IMG/VR virus record: IMGVR_UViG_3300032320_000486 | Coordinates: 1 to 38,231 of that record | Reading direction: 5' to 3' (one strand) | DNA from: a virus | Lineage: Duplodnaviria; Caudoviricetes | DNA length: 38,231 bases | In this document: piece after piece, positions 7,483 through 15,611 of the stretch | Layout: the number at the start of each line of letters is the position of its first letter | Numbering within the stretch: the stretch's first letter is position 1 | Notes under the pieces: generated by a model | Seen by the model: the letters and a program-made list of their open reading frames with translations, nothing else | The model's database searches: none | What the model was told of the DNA's origin: nothing | Position numbers and translations under genes: made by a program

Positions 7483-8126
7483 TAGAACGGATCTTCAGGT
7501 GCCTGTGCAACAGTCTTGAGTGCGGTGATTACGTTGCTAGCTTCACCCATAAGAATCTCGCTGACAGATTTAATTTCTCGATTGATGATTGCACTTACGT
7601 AGCTGACACCCTCAATCTCACTCATACCCTTGCCACGAATCAAAGAGCGGATAAGACCAAGTTGCTTCTCTGAAGCTGTAGCACCAGGGTTCTTGATGCT
7701 TGGCGCTGGCTTGCCAACCTCTTCAGCGTTGAATGCTTTTTTGACCTGCTGGTAGCTCTGTGATGGTGATGGAGCTTTTGGCATTGGCACCTCAGAGCGC
7801 TGCACTTTCTCCATCTCCTCACGGCTAGGACGTGAGCCCTTAGTCGCATAGCCACAGTTAGCCAGTCCACGCCCGATTGCGCTGGTCTCTGCGTTCTCGG
7901 CATGGCTTGTTTTGTTGACAGGTGATGCACCACGGATCTCTTCTGCGTATCCGGTTGCAACAGGACGATCATCTTCACGGTTGAAGTAGATTTCAGCACG
8001 CACAAGAATGCGATTGTCGTCGTAGTAGTGGATTGATGTGAGGATGCGACCCTGCTTGTGGTCTTCCCAAAACTTAACGAGCCGATCTTCAACGGTCTCG
8101 TAGTCTGCGAGGTTAAACATTGGCAT
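7482..8126 (-). CDS. single-strand annealing protein (Rad52/Sak-like)
   Basis: Follows YqaJ exonuclease; ATGYAEE...ENAETSAIGR motif; start moved to 8126 (AAGGAG RBS, TAATG). Confidence 0.7.
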   Translation of the reverse strand: MPMFNLADYETVEDRLVKFWEDHKQGRILTSIHYYDDNRILVRAEIYFNREDDRPVATGYAEEIRGASPVNKTSHAENAETSAIGRGLANCGYATKGSRPSREEMEKVQRSEVPMPKAPSPSQSYQQVKKAFNAEEVGKPAPSIKNPGATASEKQLGLIRSLIRGKGMSEIEGVSYVSAIINREIKSVSEILMGEASNVITALKTVAQAPEDPF

Positions 8127-9076
8127 TACTTGCTCCTTTTTGTTGTTCTGATTGTTCTGTATTCGGTTTGCTTGATGAACTTCTCCGCCAGTGCCGGATG
8201 CTCTGACTGGAATCTTGTTGTGTCGAAAGATGATTTCTTGGATACTTTCCACGTGACCACCTTATCGCCATTAATTGAACCAACCTCGCAACCCTCAAGC
8301 GCCATTGCGATGGCTGTCTTAGCTTCTTCCTCCATAGAAGTTGCTTCGGCTTTCATCTTACGTGCTGTCTCTAGTTGATCCAACACTTCGTAAAAACTTT
8401 CAGGCAAATCTTTTGTTGCTGAGTTTGCTGGGTTAAGAGCACTTGCATTCTCGTAACTCATCTGAGCGTTTGGTGGTACAACACCTTGATCGATGTACCC
8501 CAAGAACTCACGGCAAGCTTGAATGTGATTTTGTTTCTCATCTGATGTGACAATCTGAGTGTAACGATGGAACTCAAGCGAGCTATCCAAGATGCCCCAC
8601 TCAACACGGTCGGAGTCAGCACAGATTGCCTGATGGACTCCTTGCCAGTACCACATATCTGACAGTTGACCTGTCCACATTTTGTTTGATGTTTTAATTT
8701 CAACTGGAATTCCGTCGGGTGTGACCCCGTCAAGGGTGGCAAGCAGGCGAACCGAGTTGTCGTCCGTATTAAATGCGTACAAAATTTCGGGTGCCAAAAC
8801 TTCGACTCCCTCCATGTCGGCGTACCACTTTAATAGTGTCGGTTCGAATCGGTTTCCGCGTTCCATCGCCGCGTTCGCTTGCTTCGGTGTTGGCGGGGTT
8901 TCCGACAACAATTCAATTGCAAGGTCGGCTGTCGTCATATACGGGTTTTTCCCGTGTACTGCCGAAGCAACCGAAGCGGTTATGCGTGAGAAACCCTCTT
9001 CATCCTTCCAGCGTGCTGTCAGCCACTCTTGGCTTCCGTGTTCGGGCTTGTTTACCGTGTACCTGAATCCGTCCAT
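8126..9076 (-). CDS. YqaJ-like (lambda Exo family) exonuclease/recombinase
   Basis: EWL..R, ITAS, RGNRFEP, ATLDG, VEIKT, Y.WQ motifs. Confidence 0.9.
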   Translation of the reverse strand: MDGFRYTVNKPEHGSQEWLTARWKDEEGFSRITASVASAVHGKNPYMTTADLAIELLSETPPTPKQANAAMERGNRFEPTLLKWYADMEGVEVLAPEILYAFNTDDNSVRLLATLDGVTPDGIPVEIKTSNKMWTGQLSDMWYWQGVHQAICADSDRVEWGILDSSLEFHRYTQIVTSDEKQNHIQACREFLGYIDQGVVPPNAQMSYENASALNPANSATKDLPESFYEVLDQLETARKMKAEATSMEEEAKTAIAMALEGCEVGSINGDKVVTWKVSKKSSFDTTRFQSEHPALAEKFIKQTEYRTIRTTKRSK

Positions 9077-9386
9077 TCTTTTCTCCCTTTTGTTGTTTGT
9101 TAATTACTCTTAGCGACTGGATCATTGCGATTGGAACGTGAGTCACGTTACCGATTGTATGCACCTTTGGCAACTCTTGTAAAAAGAATGTGCCACACAA
9201 AGTTATGTAGTGTTGTTGGCAGCCAACCCAAACATAACCAACCGTAATCGCTATCTGATCCTCTGGTTTGTATGTTTCCGTTTCCGTCCAACCATTAGAT
9301 GCGTCATAAGCGTCACGCCAAGTCACCTCTACAAGCGACCATGGTTCAAGTGACTCTACTTGCTTGTCTATTGATTTGATTCTCAT
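9000..9386 (-). CDS. hypothetical phage protein (VEVTWRDA...TVGY)
   Basis: TAATG coupling at 9386; motif pattern common in phage proteins next to phosphoesterases. Confidence 0.7.
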   Translation of the reverse strand: MRIKSIDKQVESLEPWSLVEVTWRDAYDASNGWTETETYKPEDQIAITVGYVWVGCQQHYITLCGTFFLQELPKVHTIGNVTHVPIAMIQSLRVINKQQKGEKNGRIQVHGKQARTRKPRVADSTLEG

Positions 9387-10405
9387 TAGTCCAACCAACA
9401 CGTGTACTCGGAAGTCACACGTCCTTTCTCTGGGTCTACGAAGTGGAGTCTTTGCGATGGTTGACCTACTGCAGCAATAAACGCACGAGCGTATTCGTTG
9501 TGTGACTCTGGTGAGCCTGACACAAAGATACGACCGGCGTTTGCCATCGTAAGCGTCATCGGTGTATGGAAGTGTCCCATGTACACATCTTTGAATTCGT
9601 CAACCACTCCGGTTGACCAAGCGTTGCACTTACGCAAAATTCCAAACGCTGGTGTGTTGCCACCAAAGCTGTTAATTTCGTCGCCGTGTACAAGTAACGC
9701 ACGATACTTTCCAACCGTGACTATCTGGTGCCAGTCGCCAGACTGTTGCCAAGTCACGTTCTTTAGATTGGCTGTGCGGTCGCTTGTAATCTTGTAGGCA
9801 ACACGATCAATGTTGTCTCCGCCAGGCATGTCGCCTTTGCGCCCCAATCGACCGTGGTTACCGTACTCGCATACAACGTGAACTTTCTCAAAGTATGCAG
9901 AGAACGTACGAACCATCGTTTCCATGATTCGACTCACCTCGAACAGCTGTTCAAAAAGATGCGCTTCGATTTCGTAGGCTTGGCCGGGGAAGATTGACAC
10001 TCCCTCTACCATGTCGCCGCCGAACATAAGCACACACTCTTTTACAGGGTGATGCGCACGCTGGATATCAGTAAGTTCAGTAACTTTTCTTGCAAACTCT
10101 TCCATTCTTTTTGAGAGAGTTGCGATGTCGTATGACTGAGTCTTCTTTCCACACTGCCAATCGGTTGCATGAACAAGAGCTACCTCAGCCTTTGCTTTAC
10201 GAGTATCCTTTTTTGGTAATACTGGTGCTGCTTTCGCATTGCCAGTAGCCAAAGCCGCATCCTTTGCAGCACGATAAACCGCATCAATGACACCTTGAGA
10301 CTTGATCTTGGATCTTGATTCAGCAAGCTGGCTTGTTTTAAGAGCACGCCTAAGTTCTGTAATTTCATTCTGCAACTCTACAGACCCTTGGAACTTACTA
10401 CTCAT
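9386..10405 (-). CDS. calcineurin-like metallophosphoesterase / nuclease
   Basis: TDWQ, GGDMVEG, GNHGR, HGD, GHFH motifs; N-terminal coiled coil. Confidence 0.88.
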   Translation of the reverse strand: MSSKFQGSVELQNEITELRRALKTSQLAESRSKIKSQGVIDAVYRAAKDAALATGNAKAAPVLPKKDTRKAKAEVALVHATDWQCGKKTQSYDIATLSKRMEEFARKVTELTDIQRAHHPVKECVLMFGGDMVEGVSIFPGQAYEIEAHLFEQLFEVSRIMETMVRTFSAYFEKVHVVCEYGNHGRLGRKGDMPGGDNIDRVAYKITSDRTANLKNVTWQQSGDWHQIVTVGKYRALLVHGDEINSFGGNTPAFGILRKCNAWSTGVVDEFKDVYMGHFHTPMTLTMANAGRIFVSGSPESHNEYARAFIAAVGQPSQRLHFVDPEKGRVTSEYTCWLD

Positions 10406-10608
10406 TTTTGCCTCCATCTTTGAATGGTCATTACAGAAATTTCTACGCCTAAATCTTTAAGCGCTCTATGTATAGCTCCTGCTGATAGACCAGGATCATC
10501 CATTGCTGACATAAAGTCTTTGTATGAATCTGGATCTAATGTTGTTTTGATTTTTTCTTGAGCTGATGGTGTTCGTTTTGTTGATAGTGCTTCTTTGAAT
10601 TTGCTCAT
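10402..10608 (-). CDS. small HTH-like protein
   Basis: SAGAIHRALKDLGVEISVMTIQRWR; AGGAGG RBS. Confidence 0.7.
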   Translation of the reverse strand: MSKFKEALSTKRTPSAQEKIKTTLDPDSYKDFMSAMDDPGLSAGAIHRALKDLGVEISVMTIQRWRQK

Positions 10609-10629
10609 GTGCTTTCCTCCTGTTCAGAC

Positions 10630-10658
10630 ACGTTACACCACGATTTAACAATATGCAA
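10630..10658 (-). promoter_or_regulatory. sigma70/SigA-type promoter for DNA metabolism operon
   Basis: TTGCAT-17 bp-TAACGT upstream of RBS of 10608. Confidence 0.55.
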
Positions 10659-10662
10659 GCAT

Positions 10663-10745
10663 TGGGGAGGTGAGCCCTAGTCCGACCACTAGGGCCACCT
10701 CAACCCACACACAAGGGAAACAAGGGAGGAAAACCTTGTGCGCAC
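10663..10745 (-). ncRNA. putative two-hairpin small RNA or structured leader with anti-Shine-Dalgarno loop
   Basis: Extended -10 TGCTAAATT at 10750-10758; hairpin 1 GCGCACAAGG/CCTTGTGTGT with loop TTTTCCTCCCTTGTTTC; hairpin 2 GAGGTG-GCCCTAGT/ACTAGGGC-T-CACCTC. Confidence 0.45.
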
Positions 10746-10908
10746 TTTTAATTTAGCACAGAGTTGTGCTTAAGCCTGCTGACGGGTTTAGCTCAGCTGG
10801 TGCTTGGGGTTACATTCACACTGGATTTATTGAACTATTGAGTGTGTGTGCTTCCTCCGCCCCACCCCCCGGCCTTCAGTCAATCACCAAATTTTTTGAA
10901 TTGCAACT

Positions 10909-11127
10909 TTATTTTTTATGCTGCTCAATGTGGTTGGTCAAACGCTCTGAGACACCATCAACTTTGTCCTCTGTACGGTCTTGTGCCCGGCGCATCAAAC
11001 GCAACATTGCCATGACTGTGTCATGGTCTTTCTTGTTCTCTGCCTTAAAGCGCTGTAGCACTATGGCTAAAAGAGAAAAACTACCGCCAATACAAGCAAC
11101 CCAAATAGAGGCGATACCAGCATCCAC
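10909..11127 (-). CDS. lysis-cassette membrane protein (N-terminal TM plus coiled coil)
   Basis: One TM helix then KVDGVSERLTNHI; directly after endolysin. Confidence 0.7.
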   Translation of the reverse strand: MDAGIASIWVACIGGSFSLLAIVLQRFKAENKKDHDTVMAMLRLMRRAQDRTEDKVDGVSERLTNHIEQHKK

Positions 11128-11128
11128 A

Positions 11129-11674
11129 TCAAGCAGTCTTTCCTACGAAGCGGATGTGCCAAGGCTCTGCTCCTTTACCGTTTGCGTCACCTAGAACTTC
11201 ATGCGAGAACCCAAAGCGCTCTTCATTCGCCAGTAGCCAAGCAAGGATCTTGCCGTTAGCATTCGCCACATCGACCGCAATGCCGTAAAGATGGCGCGAT
11301 CCACGAGCTTTGTCGTTTGCCGGGTCGTCATAAGGGGTGGCAAGGATTGCCATACCTTTCTTTAGGTACCATGTTTCGCCGTTCCAGTTTTTTGTTGATG
11401 CACCAGGAATGGGCTCCTTCTGGTAGCGTTGGCGAAATCCTGCCTCCTGCTGTGCAACCGAGCGAAGCGTGTCACCGGCTGAAGTCGGTTTTAGAACTAT
11501 GCCTTCGGCTTTAGCCGCCAAAACCATCTCTTCCCATGCCGCTGCTGCGCACTTTTCGAGCTTACCTCCGCCCGTAATGGGTGCGACCATAGCTGGTGTA
11601 ATCTCAGAAGGTTTCTTGCCTTTAAGATGTTCACACCAGCGAATTGGCTTTACAGGCCAGTTGGGCTTTGGCAT
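11129..11674 (-). CDS. endolysin, M15 family (VanY-like) Zn peptidase
   Basis: RSVAQQ, SRHLYGIAVD, EPWH motifs. Confidence 0.88.
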   Translation of the reverse strand: MPKPNWPVKPIRWCEHLKGKKPSEITPAMVAPITGGGKLEKCAAAAWEEMVLAAKAEGIVLKPTSAGDTLRSVAQQEAGFRQRYQKEPIPGASTKNWNGETWYLKKGMAILATPYDDPANDKARGSRHLYGIAVDVANANGKILAWLLANEERFGFSHEVLGDANGKGAEPWHIRFVGKTA

Positions 11675-11919
11675 TATTCAGCCTTAGGCTTTGGAGCTGC
11701 GGAACCAGAGAATGCAATTTCAATTTCCTCTTTGGTGAGTGATCCGTCAACACTAAAGCGCAAGAGCTTTTCGATAACTTGGGCGCATGCCATGATTCCG
11801 GCTAAAGCCGCAGACTTCCATAGGTCTACACCAATCAATGCACCACCGGCTACAGCGGCAAGTGCGCTTGATCCGAATAGTGCGAAGATGCGGAAGATGA
11901 TGTTTTGAAGCTTTGCCAT
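11674..11919 (-). CDS. putative holin (81 aa)
   Basis: Two hydrophobic segments; coupled to endolysin; start moved to MAKLQ at 11919. Confidence 0.65.
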   Translation of the reverse strand: MAKLQNIIFRIFALFGSSALAAVAGGALIGVDLWKSAALAGIMACAQVIEKLLRFSVDGSLTKEEIEIAFSGSAAPKPKAE

Positions 11920-11921
11920 GT

Positions 11922-12083
11922 TCAGTCTTTCTTGGAGAGGGTTAGTGACGAGTGTACCAAAACGGCTATTCCAGTGATGAGGGTTGCCTGCCGTAGCGTT
12001 GGGCCTGACAGGGTGATGAGAACCATGCCAGTCCCGGCCCAAGTCCAAGAGTTGTCCGCTAGGTAGTCAAGAATCTTTTTCAC
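11922..12083 (-). CDS. small membrane protein (53 aa, MKKILDYLADNSWTWAGTGMVLITLSG...)
   Basis: Hand-translated; GTG overlaps upstream TAG; two hydrophobic stretches. Confidence 0.65.
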   Translation of the reverse strand: MKKILDYLADNSWTWAGTGMVLITLSGPTLRQATLITGIAVLVHSSLTLSKKD

Positions 12084-13510
12084 TAGTTCTTGATTCTAAC
12101 ACCAGCCGCTGCGAGGGTTATCCCCGCCGTAATAGCCACCAATGTCCGTCGTGTGCCAACCGGCACATTAGAACCAATAGGGACATAGGTATCTAAACCG
12201 GATTTGAAGATGTCGATTTCATCCTCAAAAGCTTCACGTACTTCACTGGGAGCTTCCTGGACCGCTGCAATCAGTTCTTCTGTCTGCTCCTCGCTTAGCT
12301 TTTCCACATCGAGAGCTTGGAATATTTCAGCTGCTTGTTCGCTGCTAACTACAGCAAGCACTTCGGGAGATGTAGCAAGCGCTACTGCTTGTTCTTGTGT
12401 TGGCTCTTCGGCAAGGATTGCGTCAATTACTTGTGCTACCTGCTCTGGTTCCAGTTCGGCTAGGGCTTCGACGAGCTCTTCTACGCTATCGGCTTCTTCA
12501 ATAAGAGACGTGACCTGCTCTTCTGTGAGTGGAACGTCTGGCTCTAAATTTGGCTCTAAATCTGGAGCGATGGTGGAAGTGGTCGTTTCCTCGATAACCT
12601 CTGGGTATGTTTCTTGACTTACTTCAGTTGTTGTGGTTGTTTCTTCTGGAGGCGTCTCCTCTTTGGTGGGCTCCTCTACTACTGTCGTTGTGGTGCCTGT
12701 CGGCACTTCGACAATCTCTTCAGGAACGTAAGGCTCAGCGGGTTCTGGCTGAACTATTTGAGGCTGTGTAGATGTTGACGACTCTGGCGGTACTGTCGTG
12801 GTCGGGACTAATACTGACGATGTTGTTTGCGGTAAGGAAGAAGTAGAACTAGTTGAGGTAGCCGGTAAAACCGTCGTACTTGTCGTTGTAGTACTTGTCG
12901 TCGACGAGGTTGTACTGGTCGTACTTGTCGTCGTTGTCGAACTCGACGTTGAGGTTTCTGGAACTGTCGTAGTAGTCAGGACTGTGGCAGGGACAGTCGT
13001 TGACGGAACAGTAGTAGTACTTGTCGTCGTTGACGTCGTGGATGTTGTTATAGATTCCCATAAAGACAAGTTGCTAATAGTCAGAATACCAGGTTGACAG
13101 CAAGTATCAATAGAATACTGCCGGAACGTAAACACATCACCCTCGTTGACGGGGACGGACTTGGACCCTGTTGCGTTGTTCTGTTGTGTAAGCAAGGTGT
13201 ATGTGCCGTTGATCCCGTATTGCGGCGGGTCGTATACCCAACCATCATTGGTTTGATATTGCCAAGTGAAATCAACTGTGTCCACATCAGCAGGGATTGT
13301 GGTCTCAATCTTCACCCAATGCGGTTGACCAGCGCACCCACCTTGGTCGGGCCCGCGCAAAATTATCTTGTTGCTAACCACTTCGTATGAACCCGATATT
13401 GGACATGACTTGCTAAATGTCCACTCACCAACATCATCTGCTTTAGCTGGCTTGGCGAATAATGCAAAAACTATTGCTGGGATAATTATCAACCAGCGAG
13501 AATTTACCAT
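12083..13510 (-). CDS. secreted, membrane-anchored Thr/Ser-rich protein
   Basis: Signal peptide (AKA), beta-rich domain with 4 Cys, long T/S/P/E linker, acidic helical repeats, C-terminal hydrophobic helix; start may be 13510 or 13525. Confidence 0.8.
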   Translation of the reverse strand: MVNSRWLIIIPAIVFALFAKPAKADDVGEWTFSKSCPISGSYEVVSNKIILRGPDQGGCAGQPHWVKIETTIPADVDTVDFTWQYQTNDGWVYDPPQYGINGTYTLLTQQNNATGSKSVPVNEGDVFTFRQYSIDTCCQPGILTISNLSLWESITTSTTSTTTSTTTVPSTTVPATVLTTTTVPETSTSSSTTTTSTTSTTSSTTSTTTTSTTVLPATSTSSTSSLPQTTSSVLVPTTTVPPESSTSTQPQIVQPEPAEPYVPEEIVEVPTGTTTTVVEEPTKEETPPEETTTTTEVSQETYPEVIEETTTSTIAPDLEPNLEPDVPLTEEQVTSLIEEADSVEELVEALAELEPEQVAQVIDAILAEEPTQEQAVALATSPEVLAVVSSEQAAEIFQALDVEKLSEEQTEELIAAVQEAPSEVREAFEDEIDIFKSGLDTYVPIGSNVPVGTRRTLVAITAGITLAAAGVRIKN

Positions 13511-13767
13511 TTTCCTATTGGGCATACCGCCGTGTCAATTTTTGTTTTAATTTTCATAAAACAACCACACTCTTTGCATTGTTTTGTGATGCCCAGAAAC
13601 GAAGGACAACCCTCACATATTGAGTATCTTTTTAAAGATATTTCTGTGTCAACCCTGTGTTCACGTTGTATGGCGTGCCATGGTCTGGCAGTTCCCATTC
13701 TTAGTTTGTGAACTTGATACGGGGATAATTCCTTATTCTGCTGGGGCATGGAACTCAAACCCATCAT
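13504..13767 (-). CDS. small Cys-rich protein (DUF6171-like)
   Basis: RYSICEGC...QCKECGCFM...CPIGKW; family name from memory. Confidence 0.7.
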   Translation of the reverse strand: MMGLSSMPQQNKELSPYQVHKLRMGTARPWHAIQREHRVDTEISLKRYSICEGCPSFLGITKQCKECGCFMKIKTKIDTAVCPIGKW

Positions 13768-13999
13768 AAGTCCAACCCGAAAGAACTTCTCCTGCTAGAG
13801 CTTCTGGAACTGGAACAATCTTTGGATCAGATTTCAAAACAATGTTTAAGAACTCAAGGCTAACTTGGCATGTTTGCATCCAAACAACCTCACCGTCAAT
13901 AACAAAGGCATACCAATTTATTGGTGCATCTTTATTAAACGGTGCTTGAGGATACCCCTTTGGGGAGACTTGTTCTTGTTCTGTGTTTGACATGGTCAT
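13733..13999 (-). CDS. putative tail fibre assembly/accessory protein
   Basis: YAFVIDGEVV...GWTYDG..F..P resembles fibre-assembly proteins; follows fibre gene. Confidence 0.6.
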   Translation of the reverse strand: MTMSNTEQEQVSPKGYPQAPFNKDAPINWYAFVIDGEVVWMQTCQVSLEFLNIVLKSDPKIVPVPEALAGEVLSGWTYDGFEFHAPAE

Positions 14000-14012
14000 C
14001 CTATTCTATCGA

Positions 14013-14576
14013 TTAACAGGTTCCGTCGCAAGCATACCAACCACCAATGCCTGCATTACAACTTCCTGATCCAGAACCACCCGTACATGGTGTTGAGGCT
14101 GGGGCATAAACATAAATGTCATAGCAGCAGACCTGGTTTGGTGCTCCGCACATTCCAGTACAGCAACAGTTTCCACCTTCGACTTGCGTGTATTGGTACA
14201 CACATGAGCAGGTTGCTGCCGCGTTGCCAGTTCTGGTCGCTGGATCGGAGTTAGTAAACCCAGCTTTTGTTGCTGTAACCGTCACGGTGGCTGATGCGTT
14301 GGCTGCTAATCCGGTTACGGTCAAGGTAGAAGTTGTTCTTGATATTGAGCCAGCAGATGTTGATATCGTGTACCCAGCAGATGCATCATAGTTGTTGATA
14401 ACAACCGTAAACGAGGCATTGCCTGCCGAAGCTGTGGCGAGAACAGGGGTATCAAGCTTTAGAACACCAAGAAGGTTTGTGGCTATTTGACCAGTAGTGT
14501 ACCTATTGGTCCGTGGCGCCAAAGTTCCACCGCTTATTGATTTACCACCAGCTGTGTATTTAAGGTAGGACGGCAC
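14013..14576 (-). CDS. tail fibre/tip protein with Ig/FN3-like domain and 12-Cys C-terminal domain
   Basis: Thr/Ala-rich beta segment (LTVTGL...TVTVTAT) followed by ~65 aa with 12 Cys. Confidence 0.7.
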   Translation of the reverse strand: MPSYLKYTAGGKSISGGTLAPRTNRYTTGQIATNLLGVLKLDTPVLATASAGNASFTVVINNYDASAGYTISTSAGSISRTTSTLTVTGLAANASATVTVTATKAGFTNSDPATRTGNAAATCSCVYQYTQVEGGNCCCTGMCGAPNQVCCYDIYVYAPASTPCTGGSGSGSCNAGIGGWYACDGTC

Positions 14577-14585
14577 TTATAAACC

Positions 14586-14945
14586 TTATGCGATTACGTT
14601 AACGTACCCGCTAAGGCAAATTACGTTTGCGGTTGCAGCAAATGCTCTTACCGTTAGAGCCGTAGCGTTACCCTTGATTAGAAGACCGGGAACTATTAAG
14701 TACAGACCGTTTTCAGCCTTAACTGTGTATTCAATGTGGTCATCAGGAGAAGCCGCACCACCCCACTCAATCGTCAGCTTCACGTCAGATGCAGAAGTGT
14801 TTACTGCATAAAGCCAAACTTCGTGCAATGTTGCAGCTGTTGTTGATCCAGTATGAATAAGCGTTCCTGCTGTAGCTGTGGCAGCTACCTTGATTTGCTT
14901 TCCATCTGTTGAACCGCTTAAGATTGATTTAGTAAATGTTGCCAT
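14586..14945 (-). CDS. tail-associated beta-sandwich protein
   Basis: In tail module; AGGAG RBS; beta-strand pattern. Confidence 0.65.
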   Translation of the reverse strand: MATFTKSILSGSTDGKQIKVAATATAGTLIHTGSTTAATLHEVWLYAVNTSASDVKLTIEWGGAASPDDHIEYTVKAENGLYLIVPGLLIKGNATALTVRAFAATANVICLSGYVNVIA

Positions 14946-14966
14946 ATCTGTTCTCCTAAATTGTTG

Positions 14967-15584
14967 TTAACTACTAAAAATTGATGCTGCTAAAACGAAC
15001 TGATCATCATGAGCTATTCCACTTACTAACTTTGGTGCGGTCACCGCTCCGTCTTGAATTTTTGCGGTGATAACAGCATCTGTGGCAATTTTTGCTGCAG
15101 CGATGGCTCCGTCAGCAATGCCAGCTGCTGGAACTTGCTTCCATGAAATACCATTAGTTGCAGCTGAATCGGCCACAAGAGAGTAGTCGTTTGTGCCAAC
15201 AGCTAGACGATTGAGAACAGAACCATCTGTTGCGAGAATGTCACCCTTGGTCGTTAAGGTGGATACGACCTTGTTAGCTTCGTCTGCATCAACAGCAGTG
15301 AACACTGGGTAGCATGTTGCTCCTGCAGAGTGGGATGATGCTGTAGTTCCGTCTACACCGCGAGTAATCGACGAAAGTGCTCCCGTAGAGCGCGATCCAA
15401 CAAGAACTTTTTCTTCGGTACTTAAACCCGGATCGATAACCATAAAGAATGAACCGCCAGATGTTACTGGCCAAGCTGTTACTGTTCCGGTCAGGTTAGC
15501 TGTGGTATCGCTGGAACTAATTGAAGACGTTAGCGTACAAGCCGCTGATGCCCCTGAATATGATCTCCTAGCTGCGTATGCCAT
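14967..15584 (-). CDS. tail fibre proximal protein
   Basis: TRGVDGT...HSAGA attachment motif, TTKGD..., RLAVG, and A(V/I)TxAKIADG repeats. Confidence 0.75.
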   Translation of the reverse strand: MAYAARRSYSGASAACTLTSSISSSDTTANLTGTVTAWPVTSGGSFFMVIDPGLSTEEKVLVGSRSTGALSSITRGVDGTTASSHSAGATCYPVFTAVDADEANKVVSTLTTKGDILATDGSVLNRLAVGTNDYSLVADSAATNGISWKQVPAAGIADGAIAAAKIATDAVITAKIQDGAVTAPKLVSGIAHDDQFVLAASIFSS

Positions 15585-15611
15585 TTAGTCTCCTAACAAA
15601 CAAATATAGCA

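Noticed and set aside
9000-9076. 77-nt overlap between the 9000..9386 gene and YqaJ as a frameshift or fusion
   Set aside because: YqaJ has its own RBS and ATG; the overlap looks like a simple C-terminal run-on
10609-10908. tRNA or tmRNA in the largest intergenic gap
   Set aside because: No cloverleaf or T-loop consensus found
12780-13060. gtcgtacttgtcgtc-type DNA repeats as a separate repeat element
   Set aside because: Explained by codons of the Thr/Ser stalk of the 12083..13510 protein
14013-14220. Cys-rich tip as a diversity-generating retroelement target or RiPP precursor
   Set aside because: No reverse transcriptase, template repeat or modifying enzyme seen in the window
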